Assembly: GCF_006345805.1 (NCBI RefSeq) | Contig: NC_043005.1 | Coordinates: 65,472,001 to 65,536,000 of the forward strand | Length of the DNA stretch: 64,000 bases | Direction of reading: 5' to 3' | Origin: Octopus sinensis | Taxonomy: Eukaryota | In this document: piece after piece, positions 12,729 through 26,269 of the stretch | Position numbering within the stretch: the stretch's first letter is position 1 | Layout: each line of letters begins with the position of its first letter | Notes under the pieces: generated by a model | The model's input: the letters and a program-made list of their open reading frames with translations, nothing else | Told to the model about the DNA's origin: nothing | Databases searched by the model: none | Position numbers and translations under genes: made by a program

Positions 12729-14830
12729 ATGGACACAATAAACTATGATCGCTAGTTCCGAGATTTCTAAAGGAGATCTCATTGTTCGCAAGTCGAGATT
12801 TCACATAACACGCTGTCGCTCCAACATAATAGAGATATTTGCCTTCTGCTTCAACGGTTGCCCGGTATACTAGGTTTCTACGTTTATAAGAATTGTTAAA
12901 TTTACCTTTTTCTTTAACCCTACGATGACAGAAATCATTGTTGTCTAGATATAACATGTCTGGTGTTTTTGCTTGCTTGGATATTGTTTGTGTTTATAGT
13001 TAGAAGGGGATTATTTCTATTTGTATAATATTCATCAAGTTTTTCATTATAAAAAGAAAATATATACCGAAATAGGTTTTTAGTTACCGAAAATCCAATC
13101 CTTATTATTTTATTAATTATAGCACTATATGTATTAGAAGTGAAACGTTTATCTATGAGAGAACAAATTACTCGGACAAGGTTAGTCCTTATCTGCTTTC
13201 CATAAGGTAAGATAAACCAGATATTATTATTATCCTTTTTATTCAGGCATTTCTCGTTGTTTTCATCTGCATGTTTTATAGATGGAATATGTCTCTTACG
13301 TTTTAATGATTTTTTAGGTTTTTTTTATTGTTTAGTCTGTAGTTAGATTCATGTTGATTGTAATTCATGTTATATTATCGTTATAATTGCAATTATTTTT
13401 ATTTCTATTATTATGCTTTTTAATGTTAATTTTTGATGCGTTTGTATTTATTATAATCAAGTTTTCATTTACCTGGTTGTTTGTATGTTATCATTATGTA
13501 TGTCAAATTTAGTTTTTCTTTATTTTTATCCTGCCTTAGCTAATGCTGAGTTGTAATAATCATTATTTATATTAAAAATTTCTTCACTAGTTGAAAGGTA
13601 ATTAATTCTACGTTGAATATTTCTAACTAAGCAATTTGTGATTGTTTTAGGATTATTACTTTCAAAATTCATATATGTCAACTTTGAATTGGATTTATGA
13701 TATGGTGCATGGTTGCCTGTGAGTAAATTACGATTAGCATCAAGAAGATTTACTACGCTCTGCTCATTTTCAGCAGAAATTTTAAGACCAAACCTATTGA
13801 AGAATTTATGAAAATTTTACTTATAATTTTCTTATTTTCTATTATTAATAGTTTTAGTAATAAATAATACATCGTCCCGATATAGGCTGCTACCTCTTTC
13901 TGCGAATTCACTATTAAACTTATACAGTATATATATTCCTACAATATCGGTAACTTGCGCCGAACCAACCAAACCCATAGCTATGTCGAAGTAATCTGAT
14001 GTGTCTTTCCTAGCCCAGTATTTATTGTCAAATTTAATTGATAATACTAATTTCCTGGCGAGACAAGTTAGTATGACGCTTAGCAAATATAACGGCACTA
14101 TTGAGTACTAAGAGGTTTATTGAGGAGTAGTAATCATTTATATCGACCTGGATAAATCTACGTCTATCCTTATTATCGATTCTATTGAACCAGCTAATTA
14201 CTTCCTGTGTATTAGACCACAGCTCTAATCTTAATTTATTCTTAAGTTGGACAATATATTTATCTAAAATCAATTTGCTTAATTTACCTATGTCGGATTT
14301 TGTGGGCAAATAAGTCTTTCTTTTAGGGTCAGTAAAGAAATTAGATTTGTGGTCTTTAAGAGATATTCTAGGTCTCAGAAACACAAAAGGTTCAATCAAT
14401 TCATCAATATTATATCACACATTATTTTTTTTACACTCAAGATTAATATTCCTAAGTATATTCCTATTTATTATTTTATATGTTTTAGTTATTTCCCTCT
14501 GAATAAGATCATAGTATAAATTAATATTTTAATTGTATAGATTTCCTGTTTTGTCCGGGGTAACCAAAATTACATCTTTACATTTTAAATCCAGGATAAT
14601 GTTCTTTAGTTTTCTCGTGCGCTGGTTTCTAAGTGGGTGCTTCTCAAATTTGATATTCTTAACTGCATTCCAAGTCTGGTCTTCGAAAGTATCTAGATGT
14701 CTGTTATATGGGGGAGTGTTTCTTTGATTCGAAGTGTTTTCTAATCCATTCTGTTTCCTTATTTCTATATTTAATCAAGTAAGATATGTCCTCGTGTATT
14801 ATGTCATAGCAGAAGGCTTTCTATTTTATT
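12727..14830 (-). mobile_element. Penelope-like retroelement, near-complete decayed ORF (RT plus GIY-YIG)
   Basis: PDKTGNLY; PTKSDIGKLSKLILDK..FIQVDINDYYSSI; FDIAMG..VTDIVGIYIL..LYRDD; VYRATV..YYVGAT..KSRLANNEISFR. Confidence 0.85.
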
Positions 14831-14831
14831 C

Positions 14832-14948
<117 letters not shown>

Positions 14949-15052
14949 TATATACACATATATATAAATGAATCAATGAAATTCCAACTTACTTTGATTT
15001 TCACTTTTTTGTATTTTCAAGTTTTACACTTTTTCACTTTTACAATATTGAA

Positions 15053-15094
15053 ATAAACTAGTACTTTCATGCCTTACGCATTCATCAGGTTTAT
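15053..15094 (-). ncRNA. Minimal type I hammerhead ribozyme, apparently intact
   Basis: ATAAAC-CTGATGA-ATGC(GTAAG)GCAT-GAAA-G(TA)C-TA-GTTTAT. 6-bp stem I, 4-bp stem II, palindromic stem III AGTACT, CUA triplet; predicted cut between 15059 and 15058. Confidence 0.8.
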
Positions 15095-15281
15095 GTAGTG
15101 ATAGTCGTGTTCCACAATTCACACACACACTCACACACACGCAGAGGTTTAAAGTAACAAAGAAATTCTAAAAGGACCACTCCTAACGCATTCTCATTCC
15201 CAAAACCCAAGTAAACAAATTCAACTTCAAAACCATTTCTTTCAGTTAACTCACATATGCTATGATTTATCTAAAAGAAAT

Positions 15282-15322
15282 CATTCATGATGAATCCTTA
15301 AAAGAGATGAAAGCGCTGAATA
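15282..15322 (+). ncRNA. Decayed hammerhead motif at the 3' end of another PLE remnant
   Basis: CATTC-ATGATGA-ATCC(TTAAAAGA)GAT-GAAA-GCGCT-GAAT. Palindromic AGCGCT, but C3 is altered and H17 is missing. Confidence 0.35.
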
Positions 15323-15424
15323 GATGGTTTTTATACCAAATGTCTATTTCTTAAATATATAAAAAATCTGCGCACCACTTTTAACAATCTATTTATACAT
15401 GTGTGTGTGTTTAGAAACGCACAC

Positions 15425-15491
<67 letters not shown>

Positions 15492-16423
15492 TATGGCTTG
15501 TGTGTGTGTGTGTGTGTTCGGATGTGTCTATATGTGTGCATACGTGTTGGTGTACATACGTGACACCAGAAATTCTATGAATTTATCTATGAATTTTTAA
15601 CTCAACCACCGTTCCCCCCACACACACACACACACACACTTCACTTTCCGATTTACTATTACTTTTCAAGTATTTCAGTGTCTGCTCGCAAATAGCTTTC
15701 AAAAATTTTTCGGTTCCAAGAGTCTAGAATTCTGTGTAACCGGAAAAGACTTGATTCCCGTTGGCAAAAGTACGCAGATTCTAGCAGTTATTTCTTCGAT
15801 TAATAAAAAAAAATTGCTGAGTATAGAGATATACATAAATTTGCTAGTTCAAAACAGCACTTATTCTTGCATGAACCCAATCTCTGTCTCTCTCTCTCTC
15901 TCCCTATATATACATATATATATATATATATGTACACACACGTATTTATATTTTTGTGTACATATATATCTATATATATATATATATATATGTATGCGTG
16001 TGTGTGTGTGTGTGTATACATATATATATATATATTTGTATATATATATATATATATATATATATGGTGTGTTCATAAATTATAGTAACAACTTCCATTT
16101 ATTGTCTCTTTTAAAGTTGGGATCCATTGATGTGTTGTGTGCAACCAATGGAAATCACGTGGAAATGTTCTGATGTTTCTAATAAGACTATGTTTAGCAT
16201 GCATATGTATTCCATTAAACTCTGCTAAGTTAACCTTACTTTTCATTTTATTTTTCAGAATTTTTTCAAATTGTCAAAGTAATTTATAAACTGTATATAC
16301 GCACATACATACATAAACACATCTATATATAGCTGTATATACACGCATATATACATATGCACATTTATATATATCTACATACACATATACATACATACAT
16401 ACATACATTCATACATACATACG

Positions 16424-16830
<407 letters not shown>

Positions 16831-17022
16831 TACATTCATCTACCCTCACTTGAAAACGTACACATCCTCACTCCTATCCTTCGCCAAATGTATATGCATA
16901 TACATACAAACACACACACACACACGCACACCGTATGTGTGTGTGTGCGTGTCTATGCATGTATGTATGTGCATGTGTGTGTGTCTATTTATATATATAG
17001 AGAGAGAGAAAGAGAGAGAGAG

Positions 17023-17262
17023 AGGTGTGACTGTGTGGTAAGAAGTTTGCTTCCCGACCTCATGGTTCTGGATTCAATCCCACTGCTTGGCAACCTAGGC
17101 AAGTGTCTTCTAGTATAATCTCGGGTTGACCAGAGCTTTGTCGTATGTGCGTATGCGTGTGTGTGTGTGCGCGTGCACGCGCGTATGTGTCTTTGTATTT
17201 GTGTTTTACCCCCACCGCCGCTTGACAACCGCTGTTGGCGTGTTTTCAACTCTATTAGCTAC
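17023..17262 (+). mobile_element. SINE family B, partial
   Basis: gtgactgtgtggtaagaagtttgc..ctaggcaagtgtcttc..cgcttgacaaccg. Confidence 0.75.
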
Positions 17263-18865
17263 CTTTATACGCTTCTTGGTTTTTATGTTGTTTGTTCTTC
17301 GGTGTTCCAAAATTTTAACTTTCATTGGTTGTTGGTTCAAATTCTACACTCATTCCTATCAATTATTCTTTGATAATCCTCAGTCAACACTCAACCTGTA
17401 TCTGTATTCTGTTCGTCGAAAAATAAATTAATGTCATCAGAATTTCAGTTTGCCAACGTTTCAGGATTTTGTGCTGTTTTACATGGTATAAAAATCTTAA
17501 CACTCCTAGTATGGTGCTTAATGTGTTATTTAAAGAATTATTGACTTTGCATGTTAAATAAAAGAAACTATGAGTTTATATTACGGTGTCTATAATTGAT
17601 TTCTTACTGGGTTTAATGAGAATACACTAAGATTATTCCTAATTTAAACTTTTTTTTATGATGTCAACATATCTGATGTTGCTACTATGATAATGTATTA
17701 TCGTTCTTCCCTGGAATATCATGCTATTTTCTCTCCAGTATTTAAGAAGTATTAATATTTATCCAGACTTCACCAATGAAACGAAATTCATAAATGTATT
17801 GATTCACTTCGCAGACATCCTGGCATCAGTTCCACGTATTAAAACTAATTGTTTTCTCAACACTCTGCCATAAATAGTGTCTTGTCTAATTCAAAAATAA
17901 AATTCAGTGTGGCATAAGATAGCTATCAAGATTTAATCCCATAGAAATGAGAAGTTTTGGGGAATATGTAATTACCTCAGCATGATTTTAAACTACCCAT
18001 CGGAATGATTTGTTTCTCGTCGCATCAATAATGATCTCTCTTTCCACCTATATATCTATAGAATTCGAGATTCGTAGAAATAAGTACGAGCAAACCAAAC
18101 CCGTCTCTACTCACCGCACAGCACCCCAAAATGCCAAGATTGCATTTAATTCAAAAAAACGATTATTTCAGTCTGTAACTAATGTAAATAGGCTCAATGT
18201 AAATATCAGTGTGAATGAAAATTTACATTGTTTTATTCAGAATCATATCTTTTCATAAGAATCAACAAATGTTCTCAGACGGTAATGTCTTTTTTTTTTT
18301 CTTTTTCTCAATTTATTTATATAAGTATCTGTAACCAGCAGTTTCTCAACAACCACTTCTTTATGTTACTGTTTGTATATCGAGACAACTCTCTTCTTTT
18401 CCTGCTTCCTGTTCGTAAAGATGATTAAAATCTTCTACTATATCTCACACACACACACACACATATATACACACATACACACACGCAAATATTCAACTTC
18501 CCAATCCATATGCTAATTATTCTGTCGATCATAAAAATTTCTGTCTCAAATTTAATCCTCCACGTCAAGCTCCTATACGTGCAGAGGCAATGAACTGAGG
18601 CGAAACGTGATACGAACATGTTGAATTAATATTAAATTTTCGAATTCATATGCATATTATTCCCTCAGTCATTCATATTTCTCAGTTTCAAATTTAACTC
18701 GGTAAATCAAACTCATTTTACCATCGGTTACCTGGCCTTTTGATTTTTATTCAATAGAAAACGAGTATAAAGCATTTTCAAAATGTACAAAATTTATTTG
18801 GCAGCGAATATAAACAAACTAGAGAATGTTCGGCAATTTTCTTTACTCTGCCACAAATCAATTTT

Positions 18866-18988
18866 CAAAATTTCCACTAGCTTGGGATTTTCGTTATTCT
18901 GTATGTCGTTACTTCAGTGGATTTACAATAATCCGCTGAAGTAACAAAACCTAGATTAACGAAAATCCCAAGCTAATGAAAATTTTGC
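18866..18988. repeat. 123-bp imperfect palindrome (MITE-like hairpin)
   Basis: aaaatttccactagcttgggattttcgtta / taacgaaaatcccaagctaatggaaaatttt and gttacttcagtggatt / aatccgctgaagtaac. Confidence 0.8.
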
Positions 18989-19091
18989 TTAACGGTTTTA
19001 TACTTTATTTTATTTACGGTGAACCACTGATTAGAGCAACCAGTCATAGTACAATGACGGGAATATGATAAGAGAGAGACCTATCTCTCTT

Positions 19092-19196
19092 GCCAGTTCG
19101 CAGCCGCTTCTTTTCAGATCTCCGGCGCTGAGGAGGAGATAATCACTCCAAAATACATGATTCCACCTTCCTGGTTACGAAGCGCTGCGAACTGGC
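19092..19196 (+). ncRNA. Hairpin enclosing a decayed hammerhead (G12A)
   Basis: Closing stem gccagttcgcagc / gctgcgaactggc. Inside: CTGAGGA(19128)-GGAG(ATAATCA)CTCC-AAAA. Stems I and III are weak. Confidence 0.4.
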
Positions 19197-19344
19197 TTGG
19201 TGTGCTTACACTTATCTGTTTACAGCGAGAAGTTTTCTCCATGACAAAATATAGTGAATGGCTTTCTTATACGTTCGATTAGGTATCAAGCATAGTTGAA
19301 TTGGTAACATATTTGTGTGAGTACTTACATATATATATATATAT

Positions 19345-19498
19345 ACTCTTTTACTCTCTCTTTTACCTGTTTCAGTCATTTGACTGCGGCCATGCTGGAG
19401 CACCGCCTTTAATCGAGCAACTCGATCTCGGGACTTATTCTTTTTGTAAGCCCAGTACTTATTCTATCGGTCTCCTTTGCCGAACCGCTAAGTAACGG
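19345..19498 (-). mobile_element. SINE family B 3' fragment
   Basis: ctcttttacctgtttcagtcatttgactgcggccatgctggagcaccgcc. Confidence 0.85.
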
Positions 19499-19542
<44 letters not shown>

Positions 19543-19551
<9 letters not shown>

Positions 19552-20305
19552 TTAAAATAACTAAGTCTCTCTAAAAGAGAACAGCGGCAGCGTTCCCGGA
19601 AAATAATAGTTATCGCCATACTAATATGGCATTCTTATAAAAATAAGAAAAAGCTGTCCGCTTATTAGCTCCATGAGGCCATCGCCTTAAGTTAGCTATT
19701 TGATACACAAACTGTATCCATATAACCTTCGAACAAGGGAGGTCAGTCGCTCCACACTACTTTTCTGTAGCTGCCGGTCAAGTAGTGTGGAGCGACTGAC
19801 CTCCCTTGTTCGAAGGTTATATGGATACAGTTTGTGTATCAAATAGCTAACTTAAGGCGATGGCCTCATGGAGCTAATAAGCGGACAGCTTTTTTCTTAT
19901 TTTTATAAGAATGCCATATTAGTATGGCGATAACTATTATTTTCCGGGAACGCTGCCGCTGTTCTCTTTTAGAGAGACTTAGTTATTTTAATATTTCTAT
20001 TATTGAAAACAAGTGGATGTATTCCACCGAAACTAGGTAAATAAAACCATCGAACAGAGATTGTCGGAAGCGACACCTACTGGCTGGCTACGCTGCATTG
20101 AAAAGGGGCAATACCCCGAAACGCGTCTGTAGCTGCCGGTCAAGTAGTGTGGAGCGACTGACCTCCCTTGTTCGAAGGTTATATGGATACAGTTTGTATA
20201 TCAAATAGCTAACTTAAGGCGATGGCCTCATGGAGCTAATAAGCGGACAGCTTTTTTCTTATTTTTATAAGAATGCCATATTAGTATGGCGATAACTATT
20301 ATTTT
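19543..20305 (+). mobile_element. Non-coding PLE/retrozyme-like insertion: inverted arm plus 362-nt unit plus partial tandem copy
   Basis: Arm 19543-19762 is the reverse complement of 19780-20000. 20126-20305 directly repeats the sequence starting at 19764. Flanked by (TA)n on both sides. Confidence 0.85.
20079..20140 (+). ncRNA. Type I hammerhead ribozyme with U3:A8 core variant
   Basis: GCTGCA-TTGAAAA-GGGG(CAATA)CCCC-GAAA-C(GC)G-TC-TGTAGC. Stem I is extended by ACTGGC/GCCGGT. GUC triplet; predicted cut after 20127. Confidence 0.75.
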
Positions 20306-22599
20306 TTATATATATATGAAAAAGAAAACAACATGAGCATTGACTGGGTACTCCTTTATTTCATCTGTTACATATGTTTTAGTGTTTAGCAACACATGAT
20401 GTGACACAATAGATGCGACCAATAGACGCACCCTGTAGAGCCAGCATGGTGAATAAACACATCTTCAAATAGTTATAGAGGAAATACAAGTGTGAGATCA
20501 GGAGTGATCAAATTTAAACTCACTTTCTGCTGGTCTCGTACCATTTATTGCAGAAAATACTTGTTCAAGGAGCCTCTTAGTGGGCTCGAACCTGGAAACA
20601 TAAGAATGGGGAGTTCAGCTGCATCCGTGGCACTTTTTTAATAATATACAGTTGGAACCTACATGTGACGTTATTGTGCGTACATTAAGCACTCCTGAGA
20701 TAGTGTATCAATTGAAAATGGTATAAGCTTTCTTATTTGCTCATTACCAGATCAAATAAGAATACGGAACACTGGCAGTGTTGTTTGAGGGACATCGATG
20801 GTGTTTGAAGTCACGAATGTTTCAGTCGACTTACGAAGAAATAAGTTCTGTATGTTACATGAGACAGCTCGACGTAATGAATAGTCTATGTAAATGTAGC
20901 TAGTAATATAATGCTTACTTGTCTGAGAGCGTAACGTTGCGTTGAGTGGAAGGTCTTTGAGTAGCTTGTAAATCAAAGTAATGCACTGGTGTTATTCCTA
21001 TTTACCCTTCGTTGCAAGCAAATCTTGGATCATCTTTCTGTTCTGACTAACTTGCAGATCCCTGTCATGCATATGTAGAGTTGGCTTATGAGAGTAAGTA
21101 TCTTTTCAAGAAATATAGGATAATGGATGATACAGCAACAGTGATTGAACATTTTACGTTTAATCGATAAATGATACTTAATAGATTCTATCAGTCTATT
21201 GTTGTACTACTATTTAGAGTAGCAGAATATGTTCCTATAACATTACAGAGAAAATTTCTTTTGCTAAATTTTACTTACAATATTTTAAAACTACCTGAAA
21301 ATTCTAATTAGAGATAAGAGAAATAACCATCAAAATCTTGATGGGTTCATTTGAAACCATTTCAGCTTTGGATACAAGCATTCTACCTGCAATAAACCTC
21401 TTTTAATGTGCATTATATATTATCTGTGAAGGATAGTAACAGACACTCATGGCCATTAATATTGCGCCTCCACATTACTATATAGACCAGAATTACTGAC
21501 GACCTCTACTCTACTATAATTACCACCCACCTCTTTATTTCCGATGCTATCCTCAATATTATCCTTAATAAAGCATCTACTATCACCGAAGATTTCGTTA
21601 TTATCCAGTGACCGATACCCACTTTTATTACTATATCAATATCCTCTCCTTATACGACTATACGACACCAAACTAGTACTGGCTGCCAAGATAGTGGTGC
21701 TTCTGAACAAATGATGCATTTCATGTTGTTTCTTATTTCTAGATTTCGAGTCGAAATATTGCAAATGTATCAAGTAAGTTTCAATAATTAACTGGATATA
21801 AACTCATTAAACAAAACCTGGGCCGTAATCTATATAATTGATTCTGACAGCCACACCACCACTTTCTCTGCTTTGTCCAGCACCACCAGGCAACATATAA
21901 TCACATTCGTCACAAATGCTATAGCTATCGCAGAAATGGTACAGGCACACTCAGGCAGAAGTATGATTTCGTATATGTTCTAAAAGATTCTCTGAAAAAT
22001 ATGAAACAGTTGTGTTCTGAGCTGCATTATAAATCGGGACAGTAAAAGCAATAAGAATAAAAACTGCACTGTGCCTAGTTCAATAACTGGTTATTTATAT
22101 TTTCCATACCACTGGCTATCGACCTTGGTTCTCATTCATTTAGGCAGCAATAATATAAATAGTGCACTTCATTGCAAGAGTAAGTTGGTAGTCTATACTT
22201 ATTATTATGACGGAATAAATATAAGTTACGCAAATTTCAATAATATACGTGGTTCTAGTATATCTTAACTCTAAATGCAGCGAAAGAAAACTATTTTAGT
22301 CATTAATCATTTTATATTTTACTGTCTTAATATTCCCAGCTTAAATACTGCCAGCGACAAATCTATAAAACTAAATCTTTCAGCTATACCAATTGCAAAA
22401 GAATTTCAATTATTTGTCTAGGTTTTTAGTTATATTCTGAAACGAAACGATTTCTTCCTGCAGATGCACAAAACAGAGTTTTCTAGGACTCTTTATCTGT
22501 GCTTAAATGTGCTGGCCAATATATTATTCCTCATTTAATGAGCATGGGTTAAAAAATCAGATACAGATGAATCAATAGGATACAGTATCAATAGGATAC

Positions 22600-22745
22600 A
22601 GTTCGGACATCTGCAATCTTGTAGGTCTTTTTATATTAAATACACTGAGATCCAAGTTCACATCACACAAAACTGGCCTATACCTGGATGATGGGCTGGG
22701 AATATCTCATGGCTATGTTGGCCATACACTCGATAAATTTAGGAG
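22600..22745 (+). mobile_element. Penelope-like RT fragment
   Basis: SSDICNLVGLFILNTL..GLYLDDGLG (GAEICELVG / LYRDDGL-type motifs). Confidence 0.65.
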
Positions 22746-24399
22746 AAACACATTGACACCTCTAGTCAATTTGGCCCCAGAATCACTGTTACCACTAATC
22801 TGTCCAAAGTCGGTTTTTAGATGTTTCCCTAGATCTAAACTCCTGCTTTTATAAACCCTGCCATAAACCAAATGAGATGCTCTCCTATATACACAAACAG
22901 TGTATATAGGAATATGCAATAAGATATCATGTGGTTTACTTCTGAGTGAAGTGATAATGCTTTCATTTTATAAGATGTTCTATTGGCTCGTAGATTTAGA
23001 CTCTAATCCTATAGAGGGGTCCTGTCCAGTAAATACAAGATATTAGAAGCAAGTCCTATTTGATCCAAAAGTCCTTTTGACGAGTTTGACACACTATCAT
23101 TTTAGCCTCGGCATTTTGGTTTTAAGGGGTGAATGCAAGTTGTACTTGTGACTTTTGGAAATCATGTCAATGTGGATAATGCAGCTCTACTTTTGAACAG
23201 TCTTACTAAATATTTAGCTAGAGTGTAGCTAGCAACGTTGGAATAGGATAAACCACAGAAAAAGAGAAATTAATAATCCATTCTCTCACAATTTTACTAT
23301 AAACTTAGTAGGAATCATTTCTCCTTCCACTCATAGTTTAAACCATTATATGGAATATATGCGTCAATCATTTCACTTACCTCTTTAATTTCATAACACA
23401 TTAGATTTTATTATTGAAGGCTTCATTATATATATTTTATGTTCATATCTCAGTTAGGTCTTACTTGACAGAAATACGAATTTTATTACACAATTTTACT
23501 GCTGCTTATTAAGATGTTCATTTCAATTTCTAAGTTGTGGAAGTTTATTCATTGCATGAAATGAGATCTGTGAATGAATTGACTTACTGTCTATGTGCCT
23601 TTTATTTCACTAGCGTGCATTTTTTCTGCTTTTATTAATATTTATCGGATAGTTTCTGACTGTTTCCATTTAGTCAATGTCTACATCTTAACTAATAAAA
23701 AGCCTGCATTCAATAAATTAAAAATGGCGGAAAATACTATTTCACTAATAATAAAAGAATTCTTTCCATATGCAACACAACCATTGTGATTGCTTACATT
23801 TTTAATCTGGCTTGCGTTGCTTTATAGGCAAATGTACTCTGAACATAGAAAAAAGAAGTCAATAAACGGTTGAAACATTTTTGTTTCACTTCTGTGAAAT
23901 ATTTCCAACTTTGAAATTATATAAACCTAAATGACATTTATTTCTTCAATATTAATATCTGAACGAATCTATAAAATGCAGTGTTGAAAGTAAATCAGAG
24001 AAATCTAAAATTAAATATATGAATCATATATCATTCGTTACAAACATCTCTTAATAATTTTGTAACCAATGACATTTTATAAAGTGTTAAATCATAATAA
24101 ATCCAACAGACAAACTTATATATAGTAAGAAGCGCTAAATATAAGAGATGATACTTTCATGAAATGTTGAAATATGGCATTTTGAGAATGTTTCTAGACA
24201 AGAAAAGAACCAGGTGTTATTATTCGTCTTTCCAACGACATAATAGGCTAAAGTCCAGTAATAGCTAAAATCCAGTAATCAAATATTGTTCATTTCCATT
24301 TTTATATATAAGATGTTTTATTTCTAAATAAAAAAAGCGCCACACTAACAAGATGGCAAAGAATTTGCTTCAAAACAGCCATCGATATCCACTCAACCT

Positions 24400-25060
24400 G
24401 ACGGAATTCCTTCTTCAGGGGCGAAGTATTCTTCCCATGTTGACTTGGGAGAGAACAGGCCAATGTCATCAGATGCCGGAAATCCCAATAACGATCAACA
24501 TGGAAGAGAAGCCCCTTTGATGGCTGGCAGTTAATCATCTACTCCTCTGCTTTGTGGGCAGCAGCTCCCGATTATAATGTTGTGCCAACATTGAGGTACA
24601 TTAGTTCTCTAATGCTTCTCTGGATTCCCAGCTCGGTGACTTGTCTCCAACATTCGACAAAAAGATTACCCACCATGTGTTCGGGGCTACATGGCTTCAG
24701 TTGTGACGGTGAAAAACCAGCAGCAAAGCGGCCTTTTTTGTCAACATGTTGAATTGAAGAGATATCTTGTATGTTTGGGATAACAAAAGAGTACACACCG
24801 CCCGAACCCACCGAGAATAGCTCAATAGCGATTTTTCTTTGGATTATATAGGCACGGGGAAACTCCGATATGTGCACGTGAGTGCCACACTGAACTTTGT
24901 GCACTTGTTTCGCTAACAAACCGGAACAGGCGAAAGAGTCTTGTCCGAAGGATAGCAGGACCCTTGCACTGGTAGCATAGAATTTTGTATTGTGCCATTC
25001 GTGATAATAGGTTGCATTCTGGGGGACAGTGAGACCATCGTGAACACAGACAATAAAATA
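24400..25060 (-). mobile_element. Highly decayed LTR-retrotransposon integrase, Bel/Pao-like
   Basis: Frame-hopping motifs CKGP, CGTHVHI, FSP..PCSPEHMVGNLFVECWRQV, HYNRELLPTKQRSR, HWPVLSQVNMGRI, in integrase order. Confidence 0.4.
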
Positions 25061-26269
25061 GATCACATTGTTCAGTTAAATGTATGTGCCACAGTGTGAT
25101 TAAATAGTTAGAATGATGAACGTTGACAGCAAGTGAATGTTTCGATTCACACATTTCTATACAAGTCAATTTCTGATAAGAACTTTGATTATTATTTGAA
25201 ATCTTTCGTATTTATGGGAAATTTATAAACAGAAGCGTTTCAGTTAAACATTCACAATTGAATTAATTTCTCTTTAAAACCTGGAGTATTTTTGCTAGAC
25301 AGATATTTCAATCAAACAACTTGATTCTGTGAAATAATCATGCTTTGAAATAATCATTTTAGAGTTCATAATTTCATTTCATAATTTCATAACAAAGAAG
25401 CCAAAACTATTCATTGCCTGTAACACAGTGACAGCACATCAGCCAATTTATAACAAGTTCTAAAACTCCCCGTGCGTGCGCGCGCGCGCGTGTATGTGTG
25501 TATTTATATATACATATATGCCTATATATATATATATTTGAATACATACAAAGTGGCGATAATTTACTTTTACAATTAAAAAATTCAGAAAAGATTTAAA
25601 AATGAGCATAACTCAGCAGAGTTAGTTTCACTTAGGCTCCATTGGTTGCACACAACACATCTAGACGTTACAATGCAATAAATTTTGGAAGTTGTAAATC
25701 AAATTTATGAACGGTCTGTATATATACTCGCTACTAGCATTGGACCGTGAGAATGCGTGCTCAGCAAGACATCATAGGATAAATATTCTTTGTTCGGGGA
25801 TTAACAAGACAACCAATAGTTTCATGTGAAAACATTGCCGCAATTATTCAAGTGATCTACTTGGGAATGTTGGCACTCGTCTCCAGTTAGGTTTGGAATA
25901 CACGAGATTGCGCAAGATATGCGGGATTTCACAATAAACAAACAGATCAAGCGAGATAACTTATAATAATTCTTTAATTGTTAACTCCCTGGCATTGGCT
26001 CTGGATTTTTGCAAAAGTGTGTGAGCGACATAGATTAATTAATCCTGTTATTATCTTATGCGCACTCATATTCATATTCATATGCTCATGCGCACTCATA
26101 TTCATAAAAATCATATATACATACATTATAAGTATCATTGATGTTTGAGCCTGTGTATATTACCATTGGTGGGATTTCATGCATTTTGTACGCCAAACTT
26201 GAACCATAAAGTTTCTTTTTCATAAAAATATTTACGTTGCTATGTTAAAAAGAATGTGTCTAGCGAAGG

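Noticed and set aside
25736-26130. Second Helitron on the minus strand
   Set aside because: CTAG end is present, but the hairpin is imperfect and no clear TC start was found.
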